Shown one piece after another: positions 21,734 to 32,673 of a stretch of DNA of 64,000 bases. The stretch comes from an uncultured Planctomycetota bacterium (GTDB taxonomy: Bacteria > Planctomycetota > Planctomycetia > Pirellulales > Lacipirellulaceae). The position numbers were made by a program, and so were the translations under genes. The notes beneath the pieces are model-generated. The model made no database searches and was not told the origin of the DNA. It saw only the letters and a list, made by a program, of their open reading frames with translations. Position 1 is the first letter of the stretch; every line of letters begins with the position of its first letter. The stretch is from the NCBI GenBank assembly GCA_963719315.1, contig CAVRBU010000001.1, forward strand, positions 627,558 through 691,557, in the 5' to 3' direction.

Positions 21734-23394
21734 ATGCATGAGCACGCGACTCTAAATTTCATCGACTACGCCGTTTTCTTTGTCTACATGACATTCAGCT
21801 TGCTGCTAGGATTTACGGTCGCGCGGGCGCGCGTCGCAACCCGCGAGATTATTTTCTCGGCGACAAACAACTGCCTTGGTACGTCGTTGGCGCCTCCATC
21901 GTAGCCAGCGACATAAGCAGTGAGCACTTCATCGCCAACGTCGGAATCGCGTACTTGTATGGGATGGTCGCGGCAACGGGAAGCTGGAATTCCTGGATTA
22001 TTTACAGCATCTTTCTGTTTGTTTTTCTGCCGTATTACGTGCGATCGGGCCTCTACACGGTGCCGCAGTTCCTGGAGCGGCGGTACAACTCAACCTGCCG
22101 ATACCTGTACGCTTTCTCACTGGTGATCGGTTACGTCGCAACATTGCTCGCAGGGTCGCTCTATGCAGGGGGCTTGACGATCGAAAACATGTTCGGCTTT
22201 CGGATGACTGAGGATCCGAACACCAACATCATGTGGGGCATTGTGTTTTTTGCAATGGTCACGGGCGCTTATACGATCTATGGAGGAATGAAGTCTGCCG
22301 CCTGGACGGACTTCTTGCAGATGGTGGTGATGTTGCTGGCAGGAGTCATGCTGCCGATCGTGGCGCTGCGGAGGACGGGCGGCCTCTGGCAATTGGCGCG
22401 CGAGTATCCGCAAAAATTCGACATGTTTCTCCCGGCGACGCACGAGCAGTTTCCCTGGACGGGCGTCTTCAGCGGGTTTCTCACCGTCGGGCTGTGGTAT
22501 ACGTGCGCCAGTCAGCACATCGTGCAGCGCGTGTTTTCGGCAAAAGATGAATGGCATGCGCGGATGGGAGTGGTGAGCGCAGGATTCCTGCGCATCCTGA
22601 CGCCGCTTCTTTTCGTGATTCCGGGCATTGCCGCCTACAAGCTGTTTCCAGAACTGGAGGCGACGCGGAGGCAGGACCATGCCTATTTGCTGCTCGTCCA
22701 GACTTTGATCCCCACGGGACTCAAGGGACTGGTGCTGGCGGGGATGGCCGCCGCGCTGATGTCCACGGTTTCAACGGCTCTTAACTCCACCTCCACGTTG
22801 TTGACTATCGACTTGTATAAAACGTTGATTCGGCCGACAGCGAGCGATCGCGAACAAGTGGTGTTCGGAATGATCTCGGGCGTGCTGGTGCTGATTGCCA
22901 GTGTTTTCATAGCATTCATATATATTGAGAGTCCAGAGGCGCTGTTTCGATTGGTGCAGCGGATTTTCTTTTGGATTGCCCCGCCCTTCGCCGTGATTTT
23001 TCTGCTGGGATTGTTGTGGTCGTGCGCCAACGGAACGGCGGCGGTCGCGACGATTGTGAGCGGATTTGCCTTCCGAGCGATTGCCGAGTGGGTGGTGTGG
23101 CCGAGACTTCCCGTTCTGCGTGAATATCAGGCCGCTTATCAGCACGGTGCGCTCGTGACCTGGGTGTTCTGTATGATGGTGATGGTGATTGTCTCGCTGC
23201 TCACCTCTCCGCCCAAGCCCCAACAGATACAAGGCATTATCTGGAACCGTAGCTATTTCTATTTGCCCCCAGACGAACGTCGGCGCTACCACGGCTGGAA
23301 AAACTACATTCTCTGGTGGTTGCTCTTCGTCGCAGTCGTGCTGAGTCTCTATGGATTCTTCCTGTGGTTCGACCTCACAGGCAACCGAAGGTAA
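21734..23394 (+). CDS. Sodium:solute symporter (SSS family), frameshift at ~21825
   Basis: DYFLGDKQLPW..VGASIVASDISSEHF, PQFLERRYN, YTIYGGMKS..WTD and AALMST motifs; N-terminus is in a different frame. Confidence 0.88.
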
Positions 23395-23399
23395 CAAAC

Positions 23400-24158
23400 A
23401 TGCTGCTCAAAGATTTAACCTGGCCGGAGGTGAAATCGCTCGATTTCGAAAAACAGATCGTGCTGTTTGCGACCGGCTCGTTCGAGCAGCATGGCCCTCA
23501 TCTGCCGTTCACCACGGATACCGACATCGTCTCCGCCATCGCCGCGGGCGTCGAGCGGACGATGGCGGAGCGTGTGTTGCTCCTGCCGACGCTCTGGCCG
23601 GGGCTTTCAACCCATCACATGCACTTCCCAGGCACGATAGACGTGCCCCAGTTGCTGTACATCCAACTGATCACGGAACTGGGAAAATCAATGTCGAACA
23701 TGGGTGCGAAGAAAGTCTTTATCCTGAACGGCCACGGCGGGAACGATACGCCGCTGCGTGCGGCGCTGCGCGAGTTGAAGTCGGCAGTGCCTCAAACGCG
23801 GTTCGTCTTCGCTTCCTATTGGACTTTAGCGGTGAAGACCCTGAACGAGGTGCGCGAATCGGAGCCAGGCGGGATGGGGCATGCCTGCGAGATGGAAACA
23901 TCGATCATGCTGCATCTGTATCCGGAGCGAGTGAAGATCGATCGCGCGGTACGCGATGGCCCGACGCACACCGACACATATCGCAAGGCGGACATGCAGC
24001 ACTCCCGGCCGGTCTTTTTCGTCAATGAGTTTCACGAAGTCACAAACAGCGGTGTAATGGGGCATCCGGACTTGGCCTCGGCGGAAAAAGGCAAGCGATT
24101 TTTGGACGGCATCGTGGCAGATGTTTCCGCATTCGTGGAGCATTTTTTGACGTGGTAA
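23400..24158 (+). CDS. Creatininase/creatinine amidohydrolase family protein
   Basis: GSFEQHGPHLP..TD, HH..FPGT, NGHGGN and GHACEMETS motifs. Confidence 0.9.
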   Translation: MLLKDLTWPEVKSLDFEKQIVLFATGSFEQHGPHLPFTTDTDIVSAIAAGVERTMAERVLLLPTLWPGLSTHHMHFPGTIDVPQLLYIQLITELGKSMSNMGAKKVFILNGHGGNDTPLRAALRELKSAVPQTRFVFASYWTLAVKTLNEVRESEPGGMGHACEMETSIMLHLYPERVKIDRAVRDGPTHTDTYRKADMQHSRPVFFVNEFHEVTNSGVMGHPDLASAEKGKRFLDGIVADVSAFVEHFLTW

Positions 24159-24166
24159 AGCCAGCC

Positions 24167-24234
24167 GGGAGCAAGGAGCAACGGTGTCGTAGTTCTACCC
24201 CCTGCTCTTTCCTTTCAGCTCCCTGCTTCCAGCT
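24167..24234. repeat. Palindromic heptamer-repeat element (GGGAGCA type), intergenic
   Basis: GGGAGCA AGGAGCA ... CCCTGCT CTTTCCT TTCAGCT CCCTGCT TCCAGCT, ending immediately before ATG 24235. Confidence 0.75.
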
Positions 24235-25412
24235 ATGAGAATCACTTACATCGAGACAATTCAAGTTCGCGTGCCAATCAAGCCGGAACTTGCCATCCGC
24301 GGCGGGCGGGGACTGTCGCACTCGGTGTCGCCGTTTCTGCTTGTCAAAATTCACACGGACGAGGGAATCGTCGGCGTGGGCGAAGCCTCTTGCACGCCGC
24401 GGTGGAGCGGCGAAGACCAAGTAACCGCGGCGCATTTCATTGATACCTATTTCGCTCCGGTGCTCAACGGAGAGGTGGTCGACGAAGTCGAACGGCTAAG
24501 TGCAATATTTCGCTCGGCCGTGGCGGGCAATTACTTCACAAAAGCGGCGGTCGAGATGGCCCTCTGGGACCTCGTTGGCAAAGCGCAGGGAAAGCCGGTG
24601 TGGGAAATAGCTCGGAACAGGGTGCAGGGAGCAGGGAGTACGAATTCCGACCCCTTGCTACGTGCTCCCTGCTCCGCGCCCTTTTCCGTGCCGACCAAGT
24701 GGTCCGTTTCCGGCGTGGAGCCGGCGAAGGCGGCAGAGATTGCAGTCTGGGCCGTTGCCCAGGGATTCTCGACGATGAAGGTGAAGGTCGGAATTGATCC
24801 GATTGGCGATGTGGCCCGTGTACGGGCTGTGCGCAAAGCCGTGGGTAGCGAAGTGAAACTCGGCGTGGATGCCAACGGCGGCTGGCCAACACAGCAAGTC
24901 GCGATCGAAACCATTTGGCATTTGAGCGACGAGTGCGATATCTATTTCGTCGAGCAGCCGATGGCAGCCGGCGACCACGGCGCAATGGCCGAGGTGCGGC
25001 GAAACATCCGCGTGCCGATCATCGCCGATGAAAGTGTTTACTCGCTCGCGGATGCCATGATGCTTGCCCGTGCCAATGCGGTCGACGTGTTATCGATCTA
25101 CGTCGGCAAGGCCGGCGGCATCGCGCCGCGCGCGAGATCGCCGCATTCGCCCATTCCGTCGGACTCAAATGCACGATCGGCAGCAATCTGGAACTCGGCA
25201 TTGGCAGCGCGGCGATGATTCACCTCGCTTTGAGCACGCCCGGCATTGACTCCGACACCTATCCCTGCGACATCATCGGCCCGCTGTTTTATGAGGACGA
25301 TGTGTTGACGGAGCCGCTGCTGATCTCAGGCGGATCGGCGGGAGTTCACGACCGGCCCGGGTTGGGGGTAGAGTTGGACGACGCGAAGGTTGAGAAATAC
25401 CGGGTTGGGTAG
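24235..25412 (+). CDS. Mandelate racemase/muconate lactonizing enzyme (enolase superfamily), frameshift at ~25128
   Basis: EMALWDL.GK, KVKVG, VDANG, EQP, ADES and PGLGVE motifs; one added G restores GSNLELG. Confidence 0.88.
24614..24681. repeat. Palindromic heptamer-repeat element inserted in-frame in the MR/MLE CDS
   Basis: GGAACAG GGTGCAG GGAGCAG GGAGTAC ... CTTGCTA CGTGCTC CCTGCTC CGCGCCC, read as RNRVQGAGSTNSDPLLRAPCSAP. Confidence 0.78.
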
Positions 25413-25443
25413 ATTAACTATGTTCCCGCAAGAGGTCGGTCAG

Positions 25444-25908
25444 TCAGGCCCGCTCGATCCGCAGCATCGGCGGACCTTCCCAGCGCGCTTTGCGGCAGGC
25501 CTCGCGAAACGGGATCCAGTCGTACTTCCAGTCGCCGGGGATGCGGGCGAAAAGACTGGCGTGGGTGGGCACGCCTTCTGGCCCGCGCAGGACTACGCCG
25601 CGGTTATAGACGATGCACAACTCCGCCACGGTACGACGGACATTGGTCACGTTTTTGCTCTCGTCATAAAAGTAAAGGATTTCGCCGGGTAAGGGAAGTT
25701 GGGTCAATCCCTCGGGCGCGCATGGAGCCGGATCAGCCAGCAGGACAAAGACTTCGGCCCCGCTATACATGCCATGAATCGCGCTGGTTTCAATCGGCAA
25801 AAGATCCCAGACGAAGCGGCAGACCTCGGGCGCTTCGTCGTCCAACATCTCGGCGAGAACAGATTCGCCGGTTTCAACGAACGTCAGACGGATTTCTCGG
25901 CGGTCCAT
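25444..25908 (-). CDS. DUF3830-family (cyclophilin-like fold) protein
   Basis: AP.....W..LP, HGMYSG.E and PLPGEILYF motifs. Confidence 0.75.
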   Translation of the reverse strand: MDRREIRLTFVETGESVLAEMLDDEAPEVCRFVWDLLPIETSAIHGMYSGAEVFVLLADPAPCAPEGLTQLPLPGEILYFYDESKNVTNVRRTVAELCIVYNRGVVLRGPEGVPTHASLFARIPGDWKYDWIPFREACRKARWEGPPMLRIERA

Positions 25909-25963
25909 TTGGAAAAGCTGAGTGGCTGAGAAAGTGAGCAGGGGATTGGAGATAAGTATCAAT

Positions 25964-26038
25964 TAGCAGCGAACTGGAGGCAAGGAGGGGAGAGTTGGAA
26001 TACCTACCTCCTGCTCCTAGCTGCTTGCTCCTCGCTAC
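25964..26038. repeat. Palindromic heptamer-repeat element, intergenic
   Basis: GCAGCGA ACTGGAG GCAAGGA GGGGAGA ... CTCCTGCT CCTAGCT GCTTGCT CCTCGCT; an 8-nt periodic tract (AAGCTGAG TGGCTGAG AAAGTGAG) lies at ~25915-25940. Confidence 0.65.
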
Positions 26039-26040
26039 CA

Positions 26041-27343
26041 CTATTCGTTTAGTCGCTTCACTAGCCGGTGGACGGCATCGGATATCCGATCTTCCAAATC
26101 TTCCGTGAACGGGGTGGGGATCCAGCTCCAGAGGTTTGCCCGGCCGCCTTCGTAGCCGCCTTCGGCCTGTACGCGTCGGGTCGGAACGTAACCAAACATG
26201 TCGTTGCAATACCCGGCGACCCAGATCAGCGGCGAAGTGCCGCGGAACTCAAGAGTTGAAAGCTCTCGCTTGAATTTTAGCGCCCAATCCACCACCGGTT
26301 CGCCACTGAGCGCGACGATTACCAATACGTTTCCAAATCGCACGGTTTGAACCGGCACAGGATACGTTGTGATTAGCTCCTCGCCGCGATCGAGTTGATC
26401 GAGAAGAAATCTCGCCTTCACGCGCTGCGGAGAATCATCGCTCCTGAGCATGTTTCTAAGCAAATCTGGCGTTAGCGGCTGCAACGCAAGCGGGACATCC
26501 TCCCATTCGGCGCGAATCGCACCGGTAATCTCGATCCCCGGCCCATTGAGCGAGCGCTGCACGGCATTAGCGATATCCCGACCGTATTGCCGTGAGAGAT
26601 CAACCGAACCGCTCGGTTCGGGATCTTGATCGCCGCCGGCGCCGGGGATGAATAACGTGGTCGCCGCGGGGTTGGCCTGCTGAAGTTGTTCTTTGGCAAA
26701 GCCGGCCCAATCGCCGCAGTATCGCAGATCGCTGGGAGGAATCGTCGTGTTGTGGCAGGCGTAGCCGAAAACGATCGCTTTGCGTATGCCGGCGGCATCC
26801 ACACATTCGAGAACGGGCACGTCATGATCGACCACGTCCTCGACTGAGGTCGTACCGCCGACAACGCCATGCCTGCGACGGTTGCGCGAATCCCGTGGTA
26901 GTATTACGTGCGAACAACCGCACTGGCTCAAGCCGCGCGAGTGCTTGGTCGATCACTTGCGAAAGCGCCGCAATGATTCTATTTGCGGCCGGGAGAATCT
27001 TTGCCCCATATTCGGACGGAATGTTGAAGAACTCTTGCTTGTCGGGGCGGATTTCCGGGCCATAGTGCGTATGCGTCGGGGCGAGAAGAAGCTGCCGGCG
27101 GGAAAGGCCATGCCTGGCGCGCAAGTCGTCGGCAACGGGATCGGCGATCGTGGGAGTAATCGCGATGATGTCCACCGACGTCATCACAAAGCGCTGCCCT
27201 GAGTTATCTTCCAAAGCCAGCGCACTGGCGAAGAGATCGGATATTCTGCCACATGCCGGCGCGGTGCGGACTGCGTACCCGGCGAGCCACAGCGGCTCAT
27301 CAGGCGTAATGCAGACGGTCGCACTGCCGGCTTTGTAGTTCAA
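26041..27343 (-). CDS. Neutral ceramidase-like hydrolase (planctomycete type), frameshift at ~26885
   Basis: ITP....LAGY, THTH.GP, NRR, YACH.T, GAGGDQ and GYVP...EGGYE motifs. Confidence 0.75.
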
Positions 27344-27361
27344 TTGTCCGCTGCCCCCTGC

Positions 27362-28114
27362 TTAAAACGCACTCCATCCGCCGTCAACCGGCAGCGTGAT
27401 ACCGGTGATATACGAAGATTCATCTGCCGCCAGGAAAACGGCGGCCCAGGCGACCTCCAGTGGTTCGCCGGTGCGAGAGAGCATGGTCTTCGCGACCTGC
27501 CGTTGGTGCATCTCGCTCCCCGCCGGAGGCGAGATGCGCGTGCGGATCGCGCCTGGACAGATCGCATTCACACGGATGTTTTGCGGGCCGAAGTCGAGGG
27601 CCGTGCTGCGCGTCAGGCCGATTAGCGCGTGTTTCATGCTGGTGTAGACGGCAGAGGACCGTGCGCCCCGCAGCCCCTGGATCGAAGCGATATTGATGAT
27701 CGAGCCACTGTTGTGCGGAATCATCCACGGCAACACGGCCCGAGTAAAATGGACGGCTCCCATTAGCGTTGCCGAGTAGCCGCGCTGCCACTGCTCAGGC
27801 GTCGCTGCGAGTGTGTCCTGCCAGTCGCCAAGATGAGCCGCATTGTTGCAGAGAATGTCGATTCGCTCCGCATTTGCGGCGGCAATTTTCACCGCCTGCT
27901 CGACCTCGTCCGGCGAAGAAACATCTGTATGAGCAAACTGGGCCTGACCGCCCGTCGCGAGGATTCCGGAAACGACCGCTTCACCAGCTTCGCGATCGAG
28001 GTCGGCGACTAGTACCCACGCACCCTGTTCGGCAAAGAGTTTCGCAATTGCTTGGCCGATGCCGTGAGCGGCGCCGGTAACGATTGCCACCTTGTTCTCA
28101 AGTCGCGACATCAT
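27362..28114 (-). CDS. SDR-family NAD(P)-dependent oxidoreductase
   Basis: TGAAHGIG, NNAA, YTSMK, RVNAICPG and VDGG motifs. Confidence 0.93.
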   Translation of the reverse strand: MMSRLENKVAIVTGAAHGIGQAIAKLFAEQGAWVLVADLDREAGEAVVSGILATGGQAQFAHTDVSSPDEVEQAVKIAAANAERIDILCNNAAHLGDWQDTLAATPEQWQRGYSATLMGAVHFTRAVLPWMIPHNSGSIINIASIQGLRGARSSAVYTSMKHALIGLTRSTALDFGPQNIRVNAICPGAIRTRISPPAGSEMHQRQVAKTMLSRTGEPLEVAWAAVFLAADESSYITGITLPVDGGWSAF

Positions 28115-28959
28115 GTTCCTAGCCTGTTGACCAGTGGCTGGCCACGAGTTCCAAGTTTAGCGCAAGTGATTGTATGTCGCCCGAGGTTGGCGACATAGAT
28201 TTCATCGAAGTCTTTCCCGCCGAAAGCCAGGTTCGTCGGGTTGCCGAGTAGAATGCCCCAGCGGTCGTAGGCCAAGAGCGTCTTTTCCTTCTCGGAGTTG
28301 ACAAGCCAAATCTCATCGGAAGCGTAGCAGCACACATATAAATTGCCCTTAATGTCGAGTGCCAGCCCGTCGGGAAAGCGCCCCACGTGGTTGGCGTACA
28401 CTTCGGCATTCTTTAGCCGATCATCGCAACCAATTTCAAAACGAAAGACGGAATCGCTATCGCTTTCGACCATGAACAGGTGGCGCTCGTCGGCGCTTAA
28501 GGCCAGGCCATTGGCGTATCCGAATGGACCGGAGATCACCTCGCCGCGGCCGTCGGGATCGAATCGCAAGACAAATCCATTGTATTTCATCCAATTACCG
28601 CTGTCGGTAACGTACAGCCGTCCGCGTCGGTCAAACAGCAGGTAGTTCGCCGCGACGATTCTGTGATCGGCAGCATGCGTGGCGAATACGCGATGCTCGC
28701 CGTTCCTGGAAACGCGCACGATGCCCACGCCCGCGACGCAGACGTACAGTGCGCTATCATCGGGCGAAAAGGCCAAGCCACAGCAAAATCCACCTAGTTC
28801 TGCAATCGTTTCCGCCTTGCCCGCGGAGTCAACTCGATAAATCTGTCCTGCTTCCCCGCCGGCCCAGAGATTGCCATCCCGATCGAACGCGCAGCACTCC
28901 GGGTGATCCAGTCCGGCGACGAAGACTTCGAAACGATCAATCGGGATTTCCGAATTCAT
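28111..28959 (-). CDS. SMP-30/gluconolactonase/LRE family protein
   Basis: LDHPEC, YANGLALS, FPDGLALD and PTNLAFGG motifs. Confidence 0.9.
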   Translation of the reverse strand: MNSEIPIDRFEVFVAGLDHPECCAFDRDGNLWAGGEAGQIYRVDSAGKAETIAELGGFCCGLAFSPDDSALYVCVAGVGIVRVSRNGEHRVFATHAADHRIVAANYLLFDRRGRLYVTDSGNWMKYNGFVLRFDPDGRGEVISGPFGYANGLALSADERHLFMVESDSDSVFRFEIGCDDRLKNAEVYANHVGRFPDGLALDIKGNLYVCCYASDEIWLVNSEKEKTLLAYDRWGILLGNPTNLAFGGKDFDEIYVANLGRHTITCAKLGTRGQPLVNRLGT

Positions 28960-28970
28960 AAACTGCTTTT

Positions 28971-30587
28971 TCAAAAACCGGTGACAGCGCCGGTGCCTTC
29001 GCCAGAGGCGACATCGATTTGCTCTGTTTGCGGATCGACCGCGAGCATGTTGACAGGTCCGCCGAGATCATCATCTCGGTGGATGATGTGGCCCTGCTTT
29101 TCCAGTTCGGAGACAATGCTGGTCGGCGTATGCGATGAAACCAGCAGCGGCTCGTCGCCTGTCGTGTGCAGGCGCGGGGCGACGATGGCAGCGACGGGCG
29201 CGGCGCCGAATGCAATCGCGTCGAGCGCGAGCTGGGCCGTGACGCTAACGATCTTTGGCCCGCCGGGCAAACCGAAGGCGAAAGCGGGCCGGCCGCTCTG
29301 GAGCACGATCATCGGGGACATGTTGTGCTGCATGCGCTTGCCCGCTTCCGGCGCGTTGGGATGGCCGGGAATATAATCAAATCGCGACATTCCATGATTG
29401 AGAACCAGGCCCATGCCGTCCACCACCAAATGCGAGCCGTACATCCACCCCTGGGTCGCCGTAAGTGAGATCAAGTTACCCACGGCGTCGATGGCAATCA
29501 CGTTACAGGTGTGCGAGTCAGCGTTGCTGGGATCAGGGAGCACGGAGCGAGATGAGAGATTCTTTACTGTCTGCTTCTCGCTACCTGCTCTCTGCATGTT
29601 AATTTTCTCCGCGCGCGTCCGGGCAGCCTCTTCGGAGATGAAATCTTCCACCGAAAAGTTGACGAAATCTGGATCACCAAGACATTCGTACCTTTCATTC
29701 CAGCAGATTTTTGTGGCTTCGGCGAGTAGATGAAAATACTGCCCACCCCACGGCTCAATACAATCGGCTCCCTGTTCCCCGCCCCCCCTGCCAAGAAACC
29801 ACTCGACCGTCTGCAAGATTCCCAAGGAGGTAATGCCGCCTGAGGGCGGCGGTGGCGTGTAGAGATCGAACCCACGGCAGGAAATATGGACCGGATCAAC
29901 AATCCTCGGGCAGTATGAGCGAAAATCTTCCTCAGTGAGAATTCCACCGCGATCGTGGAGGAAGCGAACGATGGATTTCGCAATCTCCCCATCATAAAAC
30001 ACCCCGGGCCCCTCATTTTCCAACTGGCGTAGAAGCCGAGCCTGCTCCGGCTGTCTCCAGCAAGATCCGATTTCCGGCAGCGTGCCGGCGGGAAAAAGGT
30101 TCGCCAGCGACTGCCGGTCGAACTGCGGCGCACAGCGATCCAGATACCGCCGATGTTCCGAGTCGACTTCGAATCCTTCCTCAGCCAACCGAATCGCGGG
30201 CTGCAGCGTCTCGCGCCACGATTTCGTACCATACTCGCGCAGAATCAGATCGAGCCCGGCAATGACGCTGGGGGCGGTAACTGATCGTGGTCCATATTGG
30301 CACGACTGAAGATCGGCGGTAACAAGCCCCTCACGAAAGCCGAGCGGCGCCCACGAATCAAAATCGATGGCGACAATTCGGCGCAGCCGAGCGAGGTAAA
30401 TGACTGCGCTGCCGCCATATCCTCCCAGCCCGACCGCGCCCGGAACGACGACGCAGAGGGCAATCATTGCCGCGACAGCGGCATCGACGGCATTACCGCC
30501 ATCTCGCAGCATCTCGATTCCCGCCAATGCGCCGTGAGGATGGTGGGTAGCAACCGCTGCCTTGTTTGCTAGGGCCTGTCTCGGCAT
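28971..30587 (-). CDS. ggt: Gamma-glutamyltransferase-family Ntn hydrolase (no signal peptide), paralog of 13673
   Basis: GGNAVDAAVA, GLGGYGG, PPPSGG, SHTCN, QHNMSP and PGGPKI motifs. Confidence 0.88.
   Translation of the reverse strand: MPRQALANKAAVATHHPHGALAGIEMLRDGGNAVDAAVAAMIALCVVVPGAVGLGGYGGSAVIYLARLRRIVAIDFDSWAPLGFREGLVTADLQSCQYGPRSVTAPSVIAGLDLILREYGTKSWRETLQPAIRLAEEGFEVDSEHRRYLDRCAPQFDRQSLANLFPAGTLPEIGSCWRQPEQARLLRQLENEGPGVFYDGEIAKSIVRFLHDRGGILTEEDFRSYCPRIVDPVHISCRGFDLYTPPPPSGGITSLGILQTVEWFLGRGGGEQGADCIEPWGGQYFHLLAEATKICWNERYECLGDPDFVNFSVEDFISEEAARTRAEKINMQRAGSEKQTVKNLSSRSVLPDPSNADSHTCNVIAIDAVGNLISLTATQGWMYGSHLVVDGMGLVLNHGMSRFDYIPGHPNAPEAGKRMQHNMSPMIVLQSGRPAFAFGLPGGPKIVSVTAQLALDAIAFGAAPVAAIVAPRLHTTGDEPLLVSSHTPTSIVSELEKQGHIIHRDDDLGGPVNMLAVDPQTEQIDVASGEGTGAVTGF
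29534..29595. repeat. Palindromic heptamer-repeat element in-frame in the second GGT (plus half-element at 29766-29792)
   Basis: CAGGGAG CACGGAG CGAGATG ... CTGTCTG CTTCTCG CTACCTG CTCTCTG; this linker is 14 aa longer than in the paralog at 13673. Confidence 0.72.
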
Positions 30588-30710
30588 TGCAATTGTAAAG
30601 ACTAATGTTTAGGCGTGGTCAATTCAAACCAAGACTAAACGATGCGTATCCGGCCTGCAATCTTTATTGAAATCCGCAAAATGCTTTGAAAACGACCTTT
30701 CCAAGCGGAG

Positions 30711-31364
30711 ATGCTCTCCACAACCCAACGTTGCGGCAAGTTCTGGACGCTCGACCAAGCGGGCAAATGGTACAAGGGTAAAGCGGCCGACGGCGCCGGC
30801 GAAGAGAACAAGCTGTATTACAAAGCGGCCCCGGGGCAAGACTCCAACACCCTCGAAATCGAGTTCAAGAATCGAGCTTTCGGTTTTGCGGCCGATGCGC
30901 GGGACTACATCCGCATCGAGGGAATGACCTTTCGCGGCGTGAGCATCGATACCGACGGCAGTACGGACTTCAACGTCTACGCGGGAAATAACTTCTACGG
31001 CTTCAATCGCGCGGGGTACGGCCGGTTCTATCTAAACGGCACAAACAACGTTATTCGAGACAGTGAGATTTACAACACGTTCAATGACGCCATTACTGTC
31101 AGCGGCACACGCAACAGCACCGTCAACAACTATATTCATCATGTAGGGCTCGAGAGCGCCACCGCGCGGGTGCTGCCGTCCAGCGGTGCGCTGCAACTTT
31201 TGGTTAGCAACAACACTGTGGACACCTTCGCACGGAGCTTCGTTGACGGGCTCCCCTCGCAAGCAGAGTTTCAATACAACGTTTTCTCCAACGGCGGTTT
31301 GACCTCGTGGGACACGGGCGTCTTCGATGGCTTCGACAGCGGCGCCACGATTCCTTCTGGGTAA
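30711..31364 (+). pseudogene. Internal fragment of a right-handed parallel beta-helix protein
   Basis: LDQAGKWY..KLYY, NNVIRDSEIYN and NSTVNNYIH repeats; no signal peptide and an abrupt end. Confidence 0.55.
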
Positions 31365-31560
31365 TAGACCGCGTTTGAAGCCGGTTCGAAGAAAGGTTGA
31401 TTAGATGACGCAGCCGGTAGCGGTATTAGGCCAGCTCAATCTCAAAAGCTCCGCGCCGACGTTTTCCGGCACCAATTCCTCGTACCGAAAAATGTGTATC
31501 TAAATCGGTGGTTTGTTGACGAGTGTCACGCGTTGATGAGTATTTGGGAGGAAACTTTGT

Positions 31561-31911
31561 CTATGACGCCGAAAATGAGCGGTCGTCCAAGCATGGCAAT
31601 TGCTCCTTCGGCGGCACGATGAACGTGTGTCGGATCGTGTCCTGTTGAAAGCCCATCACGTCGGGAAAGCGCATGCCGCCCAGCAGTTGGACGTCGAAGA
31701 TTTCCTCGACGGCTGTCTGAAACTCCAGCATTGCGCAGACGCGACCGGCAACTAGATCGACCACCGCCACGCCGCACTTCAGTTCATCCCGTCGCTCCGC
31801 CAGTGGCACGCCGTCCATCGTTGAGGACGCGCGAATCTTCGACAGCCCGATGAACGCGTACTGCCCGCCAAGTGCCAGACCGCGGGCAAAGCCAGGTACC
31901 TCGGTGACTGA
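31561..31911 (-). pseudogene. C-terminal fragment of a TIGR03032 (DUF4915) protein
   Basis: VPGFARGL...AFIGLSKIR and CGVAVVDL...LEF...VEEIFDVQLL; N-terminus missing. Confidence 0.7.
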
Positions 31912-32673
31912 CTTTCGACGCCGCCGAGCGGCTACTGCTACAGCTTCAGCCAATGGAAAATTGGTAGCCTCGTCTACGAGTCCAACACCCGGCAGTACGA
32001 TCTCCCTTGGACATTCGGCAATTGCATCTCAGTCGAACTAACCTCGGTCGCTTACTGCTGCGACTACCCGGATCACTGCGGCGGTTGTTCGGACACCACC
32101 ACCTACCAGATCAGCCCGCAATTCTGTTGCTGCTACGGGGGCCACTGCGTCGATGGCACGCCGGTTATCAACTGGCCACCCGAAGTGTCGGTCACGATCG
32201 ACGAGTTTTATTCAACTGCGTCCGAGCAGTTTTGCCACTGCACCAAGGAAGAGGACGAGTGGATGTCGTCGCGGCTGCCAGGCAGCTTCATTTTGCCGTT
32301 CGCAGGTGAGGCATTTGGAGTTGCACAATACGAGCTCACAATCGACGAAGGCCCGGTCGATCCCGAGTGCTGCTCACGTTTAATCGGCGGCGAAACACAA
32401 ACGGGCCGCCGCTATGTGCACGGCATCGCATCGATTTCGTGCGAAGGCATTCTCTACGCCGGCGTGTCTTGCCTTGTCGGCCCACCGCTGGCACTCGAAA
32501 ACGGGTTCTGGGCGTGCCACAACCACGGCCTGGGCGCGTATATCTACAGCAACTCTTGGCACCCACCGGGCTGCCACGGCACCTACGACAACCCGGATGC
32601 CTACACCCACTGGGACAGCGGCGCGTTCTGCAACCACGTCGGCTACATCAAAGGAATTCACGTCAGTTGGTAG
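31912..32673 (+). pseudogene. 5'-truncated Cys-rich, probably phage-derived protein
   Basis: Frame is open from 31912, upstream of the track's GTG at 32185, with no start codon: PPSGYCYSF...YCCDYPDHCGGC...FCCCYGGHC. Confidence 0.5.

Noticed and set aside
26240..26275. Possible further heptamer insertion in the ceramidase-like gene
   Set aside because: Only about two degenerate units, too weak to distinguish from chance.
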